64,000 bases of DNA from Octopus vulgaris (lineage: Eukaryota), in assembly GCA_951406725.2 (NCBI GenBank), contig OX597819.1:121210001-121274000 (forward strand), in the 5' to 3' direction. The notes beneath the pieces were generated by a model that did not search any database, was not told the DNA's origin, and saw only the letters and a program-made list of their open reading frames with translations. Below are positions 25,015 through 43,360 of the stretch, piece after piece. The position numbers and the translations under genes are program-made. Numbering within the stretch: the first letter of the stretch is position 1; every line of letters begins with the position of its first letter.

Positions 25015-25602
25015 TTCATTTAAAAGAAAATGGAGATTTAAGAAGTTAAGAATTGTTTATTGTTAATAGCTAATTGGTCATCTTCACTCACAGCCGTTTC
25101 TGTTAATACACAGTAAACATTAAATTTACATTTATGTGACATGAGCATAATATCATCAGAGGAAAACAAAATGATGTACTTTTGGATGCTGTATGTTTGT
25201 TTGTGAATACATTTTAGCAGACTGAAGGTTATGGTTTATGATTGGTATTGTTATATGCTCAGGCGATGGGTTTACAGGTTGATTAGAGATGAACAAATTA
25301 AAGAAATAGAGATGATAGAGGAAAGCTAAATACAAATAAACTTGTAGACCCCTTGCACGATCATATAACAATACAAATCAAAAACCGTAACATTCAGTCT
25401 GCTAAAACGAATTGACAAAGACACAAAACATCCAAAGGTACATATTTTTTCCACTGATGATGTTATGCTCATGTCGCAAAAATGTAAATTCATTGTTTAT
25501 TGAGTATCAATAGAAACGGCTGTAAGTGAAGACGACCAATTTGCTGTTAATAATAAGCAATTATTAACTTCCCAATCTCCATTTTCTTCTTTTATAAATG
25601 AA
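25015..25602. mobile_element. ~590-bp fold-back element (arms ~265 bp) with CTGATGA...GAAACGGCTGT in each arm
   Basis: 25015-25280 is an imperfect inverted complement of 25339-25602. ctgatga at 25454, gaaacggctgtaagtg at 25513. Confidence 0.8.
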
Positions 25603-25719
25603 CACACACGCACGCGCACGCGCATACAGACCCCTGATGTTAAACAAAGTGTTAAATGCTAAACATATGTAAATTAGTAGCTCCAGCTCTCTGTTGCACT
25701 TGGATTGCTGCTGCATATA

Positions 25720-26900
25720 TAAACAGACCAGACTGGTTTTCTGCTTTCTGTTGGACTGGCCAATGTGATGTTGACACTTCTGATGAGAACCGAATATGGT
25801 TCTTCATTTTTTCAATTTACTGAGGAATAAGTAAATTTGTACTGTTGAAATATCATTTACACAGCTTGCATATACCTATAAATCCAGTCAGGACACCCAC
25901 ATTGTCCCCAGTACTCCAAGGAATTTTATTTTCGACTGGAATCTCATCCATACAATTCAATCGGCCTACGATAATTCAAGCTGCATTTCTCTTAAATAGC
26001 AAGATCAGAGTCTTATCCGTGGTGACAGATGGAGTTCGTCAAATCAGTCTTTTCTCATTAAAGTCTCATCATGCAGAAGACACCAGGTGACTGGACTCCT
26101 TTTACAGCCTGCACTTTGCTGGTGATATCTCTCTAATGGAAGATAATGTAGCAGAGCTTCAGGAACTGACCATAAGGTTGAAAAGAATATCAGAAGCAGA
26201 TGGAATTGTGGTCGGTTCAGATAAGTAAAATTTTTATCAATACCAGTAAGGTTGCCGAAGAGGCGCATGGCTTATTGGTTAGGGTGTCAGCACCATGATC
26301 GTAAGATTGTGGTTCCATTCCTGGACCGGGTGACGCGTTATGTTCTTGAGTAAAATACTTCATTTAACGTTGCTCCAGTCCACTCAGCTGGCAAAAATGA
26401 GTAACGCTGCGATGGACTGGTCTCCCGTCCAACTGGGGAACACATACGCCATAGAAAAGCGGGAAACCGGGCCCTTGAACCTAGATAGGCTTTAAAAGGG
26501 AGAAAAAAAAAGGAAAAACATACGGTTGCCGCAACCGACATTATTACTGAATACCCAGAAACCTGAAGAATTGGAAAATTTTAGATTCCTCATATTCACT
26601 TTGAGCAAGCACGATAGCTTAATAAACGACAGGAAATTATGATTCGGTTTGGTGAAAACGGCCATGACGTCGTTGAGTGTCAGGAGGAAAATCAATCCCA
26701 TTTATTTTCCTACGGAAATCAAACTGTGATAAAATACCTTGTGAATTCGATCTTCTGTATGAGTACGAAAGCTGGATATTTAAAGCCGACACGGAACAAA
26801 GAACCCAGGTGGTCCAGCGCAATGTACTCAGAGTACTCGGATATAGAGTAGTAGAATACAGAGCACACGAATAGAGAGTTGAAAACAACGAACTTTGTCA
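25720..26900 (+). pseudogene. Decayed RTE-clade LINE reverse transcriptase, split by a SINE insertion
   Basis: Fragments VTDGVRQ, LHFAGDISLMEDNVAELQELT (LDFADD-like), then after the SINE LLYEYESWIFKADTEQRTQVVQRNVLRVLG (RTE LLYG.E.W pattern). Many stops and frameshifts. Confidence 0.8.
26257..26495 (+). mobile_element. tRNA-derived SINE group S3 (body Y, tail Q)
   Basis: gaggcgcatggcttattggttagggtg...ggttccattcctgg; ctgcgatggactggtctcccgtcc; gggaaaccgggccc. Confidence 0.85.
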
Positions 26901-26989
26901 GATAAAAAGTCACCAGCGAAAACTATTTACTAAAGGCACAGTTGAAAGAGAGCACAGAAAGTGCTTTATATTGTCAAACGACTTGATAT

Positions 26990-27205
26990 ATTGGTTTCAA
27001 ATTTTGGTAGAAAGCCAGTATGTTCGAGAGAGGAGACCTAGTTGATAGCATCGACTCCGGTGTTCAAATGACAGTTATTTTATCGAGCCTGAAATGATAA
27101 AATACAAAGTCGACCTTGGCGGAATTTGAACTCAAGACGTATAGAGGGACGAAATGCCGCTAAGCATTTATCCCGATGTGCTAACAATTCTGCCTGTTCG
27201 TCGCT
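26990..27205 (-). mobile_element. Degenerate S2 SINE
   Basis: aaagtcgaccttggcggaatttgaactcaagacg...gaaatgccgctaagcattt. Confidence 0.8.
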
Positions 27206-28459
27206 GTAAGCCTCCTGGCATTTTGATAGATTTGTCGTATTAAGTTGTAACCTTCAATGCCATTCGATTTGAGAAATAAATCGTTCGATCGATGGACAAA
27301 TAGCCTTCCTATGTACTGAGGGATGCCCTTAATTTTTCGTTTGAAATCTCAGTGAGGTTAGTTTTTGCCTTTCATCCTTCGTGAGCCGATAAAATATCTG
27401 CCGTTTAAAAACTTCTGTTAAGTGAATCAGACACATCGTTTTTCAAAATTGTTCAGCTATATGACTATGTTTATGAATGATTAAAACGTGTATCAGCATC
27501 GCAAATGATGCGAATTCTGTCAGATTCCGTTTTTATCTCCCACAAGCTCAAATAGCTGTCATTCACCTGCAATGTCCATGATAGCTCTGTGGCAATATAT
27601 ATTTCGTAATACGCTGACGACTAGATAAGTGTTTAATCAGGGATTATTATGTATAGACAATCTAATCCATATTTTTGTCAGCTCATTATAGTTTGATACC
27701 TGTGGAAATGAAGAAGGTGTTTGCGGTGATGGAGAAACAACAAAGAAATTACAGCCTGATTGGGAAATTGATTTCATAGTGGAGGCGGGATAAAATATGG
27801 CAGGATGTGTCTTCGTTTTTTTAAGGATTGTCGCAATTACTACTGGAAGTGTGCGAATATTGATTCCTTGTATTTTTATAATGAAACGACTTGACTGGGT
27901 TTTATGTCATCGGCAACGACCGTAATTTAAACTCCAAACACAAATGGATGTAATTAAATACTACAAGGCACTTAGTCCCACACTAACATCCCCGACACCC
28001 CACCTCTATCTGGTATACTGTCACATAATTGTCCCTACCACTCCGCCGCCGCTATCTCGTACAGTTCTATACTAACGCCTTTACCACCTCGACGCTATCT
28101 GCTGTGTATATCTCGATACGTAACATGGTCACATGACTGCACATGATTGACGAGGGAAGAATCGATTTGATAGATTGTTTTACTTCGCTCCTATTTATTT
28201 TATCGAACGAGACAAAACGATGAAAAGCAAAGTCGATTCTGTTCTGGTTTGATCTGAGCTAAGAACGTAAAAGTACAGAAGCAGATTATCACAAAGTATT
28301 TTGTCCGTTGCTCTATCGATTCTGTCATTCACATCCTCCATATTGAACGCCGCTTCAGTCTGTTCCCCGCTTGAACATCAAACCTTTCTTCTTAGTATTT
28401 ATTCATTAGCGGACTTTTCTCTGTTTTACGCATTCAAACCGGAGCTCTGGCCTGAGATA

Positions 28460-28497
28460 AACTCCTCCTCCTCCTCCTCCACACCACTACCACCACT

Positions 28498-28570
<73 letters not shown>

Positions 28571-28571
28571 G

Positions 28572-28611
<40 letters not shown>

Positions 28612-28681
28612 CACCACCACCACCACCACCACCACCACCACCACCACCACCACCACCACCACCACCACCACCACCACCACC

Positions 28682-28751
<70 letters not shown>

Positions 28752-28752
28752 C
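28460..28752. repeat. Compound (CTA)n/(CCA)n trinucleotide array
   Basis: Seen directly. Confidence 0.95.
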
Positions 28753-29232
28753 AGTTTCTCTCCTCTTCCTCTTCCCCTTCCGCCGCCCCTTCGTCATCTG
28801 ACGAGGCCACTGCATTACGCTTCCGCTGGATATCATAATACACGGCCTATTGTCATATTTTTACGCAATATTTATACTAACACTACACTTAGCGAACAAA
28901 TGACAAAGGCCTCTGCGCTGCTACACATCCTTCTAGAACGAGTAGCCAATTCTACCTCAAATCTCATACTGCCGTCTTACAGATAAAAAGGACACATGGG
29001 ATAACATAGCCATCTATATGCATAAAAAGGGCTGCAAGGTCCTTGTTGGAACGCGTTTCATTGTTTTGCATTGCACTGTCCTACTACAAGAGTCTAGCTT
29101 TCACTACGCATACATTATGTTAAAACATTATCCGAATAAGCGAGGTAATTTCTAGATCAGCTTCTCCCATAATCTTTGGTCTCGGAGAGAGATCCATTGG
29201 AGCTCATTCAGAAATATTGACAAGTAAGCTAA

Positions 29233-29629
29233 TCTCTCTATATATAAACGGCAGTTTGTCTGTGCGTGTTTCTGTGTGTCTGTTTGCTTGTACCCTCACT
29301 CTGACCACGGCTTTCAACCGATTCTGATGAAACTTGACACACACATAGCCCAATGTCATAATTCAAAACTAACGCAGCGAAAATTTTGAAAAGTTCCCCC
29401 AGATCTGAAAAAAATCGATAAATTCGACATGGGGTCGAGAATCAGAAACACAAACCGCAAACTGTCTAGGGGACGCAACTCCACCTTTTTTTACTCTAAA
29501 AAAAAATTTACCATCATTTTTTTCCATTTTTTTGCTATTTTTTGGCTATAACTCTAACTATACTATAACTATAAATGCTTTATAGTTATTTCCCTTACAA
29601 ACCTGAGCAACGCCGGGCGATACTGCTAG
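29233..29629 (+). mobile_element. Non-autonomous Helitron
   Basis: 5' TC (a|tctctctatatataaa), 3' CTAG|t, subterminal GC hairpin cctgagcaacgccggg, inserted between A and T with no TSD. Confidence 0.85.
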
Positions 29630-29659
29630 TATATATATAAATGGTACATCATTTTACAT

Positions 29660-29790
29660 TATTCACATTTCACCGATATTTGTCCTCATCTTGTTTGTTG
29701 ATAACACAAAATTTCGGCTCATATACCCTCCAGCCTTTATCAGCTGTCTTGGGGAAATGTCGAACCTGAGTTCGAAACATCTAAGCAAAA
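29660..29790 (-). mobile_element. Penelope-like pLTR relic with degenerate hammerhead
   Basis: Minus strand: acag-ctgataa-a-ggct(ggagggtatatg)agcc-gaaa-tttt-gtgt. Confidence 0.55.
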
Positions 29791-30090
29791 TAATTTGAAA
29801 AACTGTCGAAATATAAGGATCTTGAGATTGAAATATCTAGGAGGTGGCAACTAAAAAATCAAAGCCATCCTTGTAGTTGTATGTGACAAATATTCTGACA
29901 AATATTCTGGTACTGACAAATATTCTGACCAGATCCCTGGGAAACCAACAATCTATGAAACCCAAAGAATGTGTTGACATCAACCGCCTACATTCTCTGG
30001 AAGTTTCTTTCCATCTAATATATTTGTGCCTTAGGTCGCGAGTTGAGACCCGTCGAGAAATGGAAATAAAATGCAATTCAATCGGAAAAT

Positions 30091-30175
<85 letters not shown>

Positions 30176-30179
30176 GTAT

Positions 30180-30358
30180 GGCGGTGAGCTGGTAGAATCG
30201 TTAGCACACTGGACGGAATGCTTAGCGGTATTTCGCTCATCGCTACGTTCTGATTTCAAATTCTTCCAAGTTCGGGGGTCGATAAACTGATTACCAAATG
30301 AGTACTGGGGTCGATGTAATCGACTATCCCCTTCCCCAAAAATTGTTCCTATAAAAGA

Positions 30359-30402
<44 letters not shown>
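30180..30402 (+). mobile_element. S2 SINE with (AAT)n tail
   Basis: ggcggtgagctggtagaatcgttagcac...cggtatttcg...gggtcgatgtaatcgac. Confidence 0.85.
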
Positions 30403-30530
30403 GAAGAAGAAGAAGAAGAAAAGTGGATGGAACCAGTGGAAGTGTCTATTAAAGTTGAAAAGATTTGATAGCACAGTAATATACTGGATGATACTGCCGT
30501 TGGCTTTATTGTGACTGCTGCTAATTTTGC

Positions 30531-30562
<32 letters not shown>

Positions 30563-31393
30563 TTTCTGGTGCTTCCGTTTTTGCTGCTAATATTGTTTAT
30601 ACCAATTCTGCACTGATTAAGTAGACGTTGTATTAGATATGTTCAAATCGTGAACAGTCCATTTTGTTTTTGTCATTCATTAATACAAAGCCATTCATTA
30701 ATACAAAGCCATTCATTAATACAAACACAACACAGTGCAGTTTTGTGGAAATTTGACTGCGTTTTCTAGCACGTCCCTCAACTGCATAAAGACTTGCTCG
30801 TTTAGCTTGTCGTAAAAAAAATTGTTTCAAACGTGCGCACTGTTGTGTTAAATCTGACCTGACGGCAAATTGAATCCACGATCCGGTTCCAATTTCCGGT
30901 TGAAGCCAGTTCGCTTCATTTACATTACAAAACCCTTGACCAAAAATATGCATATCACATCATCGCATTTCACTACATTAAAAATTTGTCACTTTATGCT
31001 ATAACGTAACATATAATGCTTTTTATAATTATATGGGGTATAAATAATTGAATTAAAATACTAAGATAGCTTGTTGTAAAAACCGCATTTCTTGATAACG
31101 TTTTCTAAGATTCAATATAGCGTCATACGTGCTATAAATATGCGAACAGTTTTACAGTTTGTGAACACTACTAGCCTATTACCCGTCATATAACAGTTAA
31201 ATTCGGAAGTATAGTTTTTCCACCTGTAATGGAGAAAAATATGGTATTGCCGGAATTCTTTTGATGACGCTGTCACAAAAGTTGAACACACACACAATGA
31301 CATACACACAGAACACACAGACAGATACAAACGAGCCGTAGACGTATATAGGGAAGGAGTAAAAAGTGAATGTAACGGTGTTTATATTTATAA

Positions 31394-31625
31394 GTGGAGG
31401 CGCGTGGCTTAGTGGTCGGGTATTGCACTCATGGACGTAAGATAGCGGTTTCGATTCCGGAAGTTGATGATGCGTTGTGTTCTTAAGCAAACTACGTCCG
31501 TTCACGCGACTCCAGTCAACATTTCTGACGAAAATGAGATACTCTCTGACGGACCAGTGTCCCAGCAAATGAAGGGAACACATACGCCACAGAATCCGGA
31601 TAACCGGCTTTACGACCTTATGGTT
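31394..31625 (+). mobile_element. S3 SINE (body Y, tail Q), degenerate
   Basis: gtggaggcgcgtggcttagtggtcggg...ggtttcgattccgg...gggaacacatacgccacag. Confidence 0.8.
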
Positions 31626-31835
31626 CGGGAAGGGTGATTCATGTTTATATTTTATGTTGCAATTTGGTATATACGTACAGGTAGAAGGATCAGGCACATA
31701 CACAAACACACACACATACATATACATACACGTACACATGCCCACTCACTGACACACGATACCCACTCACAGACATATTTATAAATACATATATAATACA
31801 TATATGTATTGACATATATTTTAATATTTCATTTG

Positions 31836-31972
31836 GGCTTCTTTTAGTTTCTGTCTACCAAATCCACTCACAAGGCTTTGGTCGGCCCGAGGCTATAGTA
31901 GAAGACACTGCCCAAGGTGCCACGCAGTGGGACTGAACCTGGAACCATGTGGTTTGTAAGTAAGCTGTGCCT
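31836..31972 (-). mobile_element. S1 SINE 5' half
   Basis: tctaccaaatccactcacaaggctttggtcggcccgaggctatagtagaagacac...gggactgaacc. Confidence 0.85.
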
Positions 31973-31994
31973 ATGTACTTACTTGTACTTGTAC

Positions 31995-32350
31995 TTGTGG
32001 CGACATTCACCCTGGGCGGGTTGAGGCGGCTTCTTCTACTCATGGAAGAAGTTTCATGGGAATATGTGGATTTCACAAGCGGTCCCCAATAATCCCGCAT
32101 GTAGAGACATCCTGTTTGCCGCGGATTGTCCGCAGACGCAGGGACAGAACGACCGAGGAGCCGCCGGTTGCCGAAACAGACACTCCGAGGATTTTCACCA
32201 GAGCCCCGTCTGCCGGGTTCTGGCTCTAATACCACTCGGTGTCAGACCAATCCGCTTTGGGTGGCCCTACCAGGAACCGAAGTTCCCGACGGCATAGCTC
32301 TGACACTACCCGTTGCCAGCGTCCCCACCATGGTGAGGAGGGGATAGACT
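31995..32350 (-). mobile_element. RTE-clade LINE 5' UTR (GC-rich)
   Basis: Minus strand: cctcaccatggtggggac...agagctatgccgtcggg...cctggtagggccacccaaagcgg, resembling RTE 5' ends. Confidence 0.6.
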
Positions 32351-32551
32351 TTGTATATGTATATGTATATATATATGTATATATGTATATATACGTTTAT
32401 ATATACATGTATATATATATGTATATATACATGTATATATAGATATGTATATATACATGTGTATATGTATATAGATGTATATATACATATATATGCATGT
32501 ATACATATATATATGTGTGTGTATGTGTGTGTGTGTGTGTGTGTGTATGTA

Positions 32552-33240
32552 TCTAATGGTTGCTTCGTCTTTGCAGATGATTACCGTCTCCCCATGTACC
32601 CCCATCAAACATCATCATCAGCTCCAAACGTCCGCCCAGGACCTTTTAGGTGGCTTTTAAGTCCAGCATTAGATTTGTACGGCCTGCAGCAAACGTAACA
32701 GACAAAAGAATTACCCTCTACTTGACTTATCGTGTCAACTTGAGGAATGTCATTCTTATGTACTCTCTTAATCCCTTTTAAGACCAAATATTGATTTGCA
32801 GATCTTTTTACACACCACACATCTTGTCTCACCTAGCTATGGACAAATAGAGCTGCACACACTTAGCTTATTATAGGATTTTAAATGAGTGATGTACCCA
32901 GATTTAGAGAGCAGTAAACGACCACACACGTCAGAAATCCAGCTCATTGTGTTCTTATTGTTTTTCATACTATAACTTATTCGCAGCTGTCGTTTCACTT
33001 TTTTTATGATCAAGACGTCTCTCTTCAAATATTCTGCAGTCTTCCTTCACATATCCTCTCCAGTTGCCCCTCTTTAATGCAAGCACATCCCAGTTCTGGT
33101 ATTCATGCTGAATATCTTTAAAGTTGTTTTTTTAATGCAACCTTTATATTTTTTCCTTGGTGTGGAATTGACTGCAAAATAGTTGTTTTAGGGGTCTTTC
33201 ATCAATCATAAGCACAACGTGGTCTACCCAACGCATTTTA
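32552..33240 (-). pseudogene. RTE-clade LINE ORF 3' end with C2H2-type zinc fingers and 3' UTR
   Basis: MRWVDHVVLMIDERPLKQLF (RTE LRW.GHV.RM...R.PKQ pattern), then VCGRLLLSKSGYITHLKS and CYVCCRPYKSNAGLKSHLK. Tail runs into CATA/CA repeats. Confidence 0.8.
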
Positions 33241-33275
33241 TACATACATACAATATATTATTATTATTATTATTA

Positions 33276-33440
33276 TGGCTGTCCCCTCGTTATCGAGTAT
33301 GGCCATTGCACGAGGCTTAACTGTTACTGATGCTGTGATCGAATGTGACTTTTTAGTCCAGCCAAAGATCTACAATGGCAACTAAAACCTTTACCGGTAA
33401 TAGCCGGCTGTAGTTGTAACTGGGCTTCATGTACCTTTAC
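33276..33440 (-). mobile_element. 3' end of an RTE-like retroposon
   Basis: ggctgtcccctcgttatcgagtatggccattgc, shared with 48048 (ggctgtccctcgttatcaagtatggtcattgc). Confidence 0.6.
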
Positions 33441-33577
33441 ATACAATACATACATACATACATACATACATACATACATACATACATACATACATACATA
33501 CATGCGTATCTAATAGACGTGCCGTTATACATAGTTAAATATAGATAGAAAATGCTACATTCTCTAATTGTTTATAA

Positions 33578-34005
33578 GCGCAGGAGTGGCTGTGTGGTAA
33601 GTAGCTTGTTTACCAACCACATGGTTCCGGGTTCAGTCCCACTGCGTGGAACCTTGGGCAAGTGTCTTCTACTATAGCCTCGGGCCGACCAATGCCTTGT
33701 GAGTGGATTTGGTAGACGGAAACTGAAAGAAGCCCGTTGTATATATGTATGTATATATATATATATATACGTGTGTGTGTGTGTGTGTGTGTTTGTGTGT
33801 CTATGTTTGTCCCCCTAGCATTGCTTGACAACCGATGCTGGTGTGTTTATGTCCCCGTTCCTTAGCAGTTCGGCAAAAGAGACCGATAGAATAAGTACTG
33901 GGCTTACAAAAGAATAAGTCCCGGGTCGAGTTACTCGATTAAAAGGCGGTGCTCTAGCATGGCCGCAGTCAAATGACTGAAACATGTAAAAGAGTAAAAG
34001 AGTAA
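33578..34005 (+). mobile_element. Full-length S1 SINE
   Basis: gcgcaggagtggctgtgtggtaag (A box), gggttcagtccc (B box), ccttgggcaagtgtctt (CORE-like), internal TA/TG tract, tail aaaagagtaaaagagtaaa. Confidence 0.93.
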
Positions 34006-34656
34006 AGCAGATATCTCAATAATTCTGACTAATACATTGTCTTACCACGCTTCATTGAATGTCTTTAATCTCTTCCATGATACAAAACTCCACCATCGCA
34101 TGGTCTGGAATTCCGTCACTAAATATTTTAAAGGAATACGGTAAGCCATATTTTTTTTTCTTTTGTATAGCCTCCCGGATGATTACACAACAATCGTGTG
34201 TGTCGACCATTTCCTTTAATGACTGATAATCTGCCATTTAATTGTATTGTCCAATCTCCATAAGTGTGAGACTTGTTTCGTAGATAATTCGGGCAGGCAT
34301 TTAACGTTAACCGTGATAAATCGTGCTACTAATGTCCAAATAATGAGGTAATACATACGCGTTCATTCGATAATTCAGACTCGAAATAACGGCAACAATG
34401 CGAATAAATTGCAGATTAACGTCTGTGATTTTTTGTTTTTAATATATACGATATTAACAACATTATTAAACCTTATAAGTTCTTATAAGATAACAAATAT
34501 CTATACACATGTGTCACAGGCACACAAACACACACAGGCAGACACACACATACACTAACACAGACACACACACCCAAAAAACACACACATATATGCATAC
34601 GTATTGTTTTATTCCTTTACATGTTTCAGTGCTAAGGCTGTGGCTGGCCATATATG

Positions 34657-34701
<45 letters not shown>

Positions 34702-34890
34702 GTGTGTACATACATACATACATACATACATACATACATACATACATACATACATGCATACATACATACATACATACATACATACATACATACATACATA
34801 CATACATACATACATACATACATACATACATACATACATACATACATACATACATACATACATACATACATAGATGCATGTATGTATATG

Positions 34891-35047
34891 CGCGTGGATG
34901 TGTGCAAAGAGATTTGGTTCGCTACTCAGCCACATGGTATCAGGTTCAGTAACAGTGCATGGTACCTTAGGCAAGTGTCTCGGGCCGACCAAAGTTTTCT
35001 GAGTGAATTAGTGAATGCCATAGATGGAAACTGAAAGAATCACGTCC
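34891..35047 (+). mobile_element. Degenerate S1 SINE 5' half
   Basis: ccacatggtatcaggttcag...ccttaggcaagtgtctcgggccgaccaaag...ggaaactgaaagaa. Confidence 0.75.
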
Positions 35048-35633
35048 TATATATATATATATATATATATAAAGATAAACACATACATATACACGCACAC
35101 ATATATATATGTGTGTGTGTGTGTGTGTGACACATGTGCGATTATGAGCTATGCGATACTTTGGGCGTTCATTCATCGCCTAAAGGAATGCAAGAATGCC
35201 AAGCCTACACATTATACAATGTTTGAGTGTGTCAGCGTACACGTTTCTATGTCTGCATAAACACACACATACACACACACACACATTCACATATTCACGC
35301 ACACACACACAAGCACACACACACACACAGACACAGACATATACACACACATATATAGGTATTTATGCCGAAAGAATAAAAAAAAAGTCATAATAGCATA
35401 AAAGCAACAGCAACATTCACAATGGCTATCTCATTAATTTCTGAGGAGAAAAATTAACATCACCAAAACTATATACAAAATGGCGATAAGTAATATGTGT
35501 GTCATTTGAATAGTGCATGTGTCTATACACATACATACATACATATTTATATGCATATATATGTGTGTGTGTGTATACATAGATCTAGACATATGTATGC
35601 ATATATATATATGTATATATATATATGTGTGTG

Positions 35634-35702
<69 letters not shown>

Positions 35703-35841
35703 CGGGGGGAAATGAAGAGAGATAAAATTAAGTAGAAATGTTTAATAAACGAGATTCATGCGTGTATCTATATATGCACGAATATACATGCATGTGTTTC
35801 TCTGTGTTCGTCTCTCTATATATAAGTATATATACATACAC

Positions 35842-35918
<77 letters not shown>

Positions 35919-36269
35919 CGTATATATATTTATATATAAGCATGTATGCATGTATAGATTCATATTTTATACACATGCGTACGTATATGTATAACGCGTA
36001 GAAGCCTCTGTGTGTGTGTGTATGTGTATGTGTGTGTGTACGCGTGTCGTGTAAAGTTAGTTAAGTTTCCGATAGAGGCGCTACTGTGATAATTACTTCA
36101 CACCTTGCGCTGTGATTACAAGCCATCCATTATCACAAGTCGTACTCTCTGGTGTCTTCAATAGCTTAGACTCTTCTCTTCTCCATTACCATCAAAGATG
36201 CAAAGTTATCATTACAAATCGCCTTATCTCCAACGAAACTTTTTCAATACTATAGGATATTTGGGTGTT

Positions 36270-40890
<4,621 letters not shown>

Positions 40891-41090
40891 AAAAGAATAC
40901 AATCTCCTCAACCCCCCCCCCACCCACATACACACACACAATCAAGGTAAATAAATGAATAAATAAATAACTAAATGAATAGATAAATAAATAAATAAAA
41001 CAAGATTTAAATCTCCAAGTACCAACATTTTACCTTCACTATCTTGTCTGTTTCTTTCTGTGTATAACCATGAGTTTATATATACAGTAT

Positions 41091-41133
<43 letters not shown>

Positions 41134-41134
41134 C

Positions 41135-41188
<54 letters not shown>

Positions 41189-41441
41189 GTGTATGTATGC
41201 GTTTGTGTGTGCATTTATATACATATGTGTGTGTATATGTATGTATGCACACACACACACATATATATATACACACATATATACATGTAGTATGTATGTA
41301 TACAGAAATTGAAAGAGGAATATTCCCCCCTCTCGTTCACCTTGTTTCTCATCTTTCTTTAATAACATTCTTCTCTCATACCTTAGCGCATACAAATGCA
41401 GACTGCCATACACACACACACACACATATATATATACATAC

Positions 41442-41497
<56 letters not shown>

Positions 41498-41761
41498 GTA
41501 TATGTGTACGTATATTTATATTTATAGATGTGCATATATATGCATGCCTATATATGTGTGTGTGTGTGTTTATATATTCATATATGCAAGTGTGTGTATG
41601 TGTGTGTGTGTGTGTACATATCTTTACCAACTGTAATTGTGTACGCATCAGACATTTCGATCGAACCCTAGCCTAAAATCGATTAATTTCACGAGGATAA
41701 GCTGGTTATTAGATTATTTACTTTGTTAGCAGTAACACCGGGGAAGAGGCAGAGTGAGGGG

Positions 41762-42221
41762 AGATGGAAGAGTCTGAGAAACGCGTGGGGAGGAGTGGTG
41801 ACACAGATGAGAGAGAGGGAGGGAGATGGAGGGAGAAGGAGAGAGAGAAGAATGCGATATGAGAGAAAGAGAAGCCGGAGACGAAATTAGATATTCGAGA
41901 GGGATAAGAGAGATAGACAGGAGATGAGAGTGTTGGGAGAGTGACGGTGGGAGATCGGAGAACGATAAGAGAGAGAGAGAGAGAGAGAGTAAGCACGGAG
42001 AGATGGGAGGGTAATAAATGAATGGCTTTAGAGAGTTGGAAGAGGGTAATGAGAATTTTAGAGAGGAGATGTATGGGGTAAAAGGAGAGGGTGATAGACA
42101 GGAATTATATAGGAGAGGGTTAGAAGAGCGATGGACAGGAGACAGAAAGAGAGAGAGGTAGGAGGGAGTTGTGGGAGAGAGAATGAGAGGGAGGACTAAT
42201 ACAGATATAGGGAAGTAAAAG

Positions 42222-42264
<43 letters not shown>

Positions 42265-43128
42265 AATACCTATATATACTTATATTGCAGAGAGAGTAAC
42301 AGAGAGAGAAAGAGCCAAAGAAAGAGAGAGAAAAGAGAGAGGATGAGAGAGAGAGAGATGAGGGTGTGTAGTAAGTGTAGGATAGAAGTGATAGAGAATG
42401 AGGGGAAGAGAAAGAGAGAGACAGACAGACAGACAGAAGGAAAGAGAGAAAGAGAGACAGAGGCAGAAGGAGAAACAGAGACAGAGGGAGAGACAAAGAC
42501 AGAAGGAGAGATAGAAAGATAGAGAATACGAGATATGTAGATAGAGAGAGAGGGGAGAAGGAAGGGGAGAGAGAGGGGGAGACGGGAGAGAAAGGGAGAG
42601 AGAGAGCGAGAGAGATGAGAGTGTGTGGTAGATATGAGTGTCATAGTGTAAGTGTAGGATAGAAGTGTTAGGGAAAGATGGGAAGGGAGAGACAGGTAGA
42701 AAGAGAGACAGACAGAAGGGGGAAAGAAAGAGGTATAGAGAGAAAGAGGGACAGAGAGACAGAGACAGAAGGAGGGACAAAAAGACAGAGATAAAGATAT
42801 AGGTACATACAAAGAGAGGTGGAGAGAGGGAGAGAGAGTTGGAGAGAAAGAATCATAGAAATGTTAAAGAAGCGAGACTGAATATAAAGCGGGTGATAAT
42901 TGCTCAGCAGAGAGGTTGGGAGAAAATGGGAGAGAGATTGGAGAGATAAGAGAGAGAGAGAGAGAGAGGAGATGGGAGAGGGGGAAATGAAAGAGAATAG
43001 AGGAAGAAGAAGAAGAAGAAGAACAAGAACAAGAACAAGAAGTAGAACAAGAACAAGATGTGAAATCAAGGAGAATAGGAGAGAGAAAGTGAGAGAGAAA
43101 AGTGGCAGGATAAGTAAGATAGAAGAAT

Positions 43129-43161
<33 letters not shown>

Positions 43162-43242
43162 CAGACAGACAGACAGACAGACAGGTAGACAGGTAGATAG
43201 ATAGATAGATAGATAGGTAGGTATACAGACAGACAGACAGAC

Positions 43243-43284
<42 letters not shown>

Positions 43285-43321
43285 GATAGATAGAGAGATG
43301 ATAGATAGGGAGTGGTAGATA

Positions 43322-43354
<33 letters not shown>

Positions 43355-43360
43355 TGCGAG
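41762..43360. repeat. Polypurine (GA)-rich low-complexity region
   Basis: Extreme A/G skew with (GA)n, (GATA)n and (GACA)n. Confidence 0.95.

Noticed and set aside
30633-30953. 106-aa minus ORF with FVLMNG repeats
   Set aside because: Arises from an 18-bp x3 tandem repeat; no recognisable domain.
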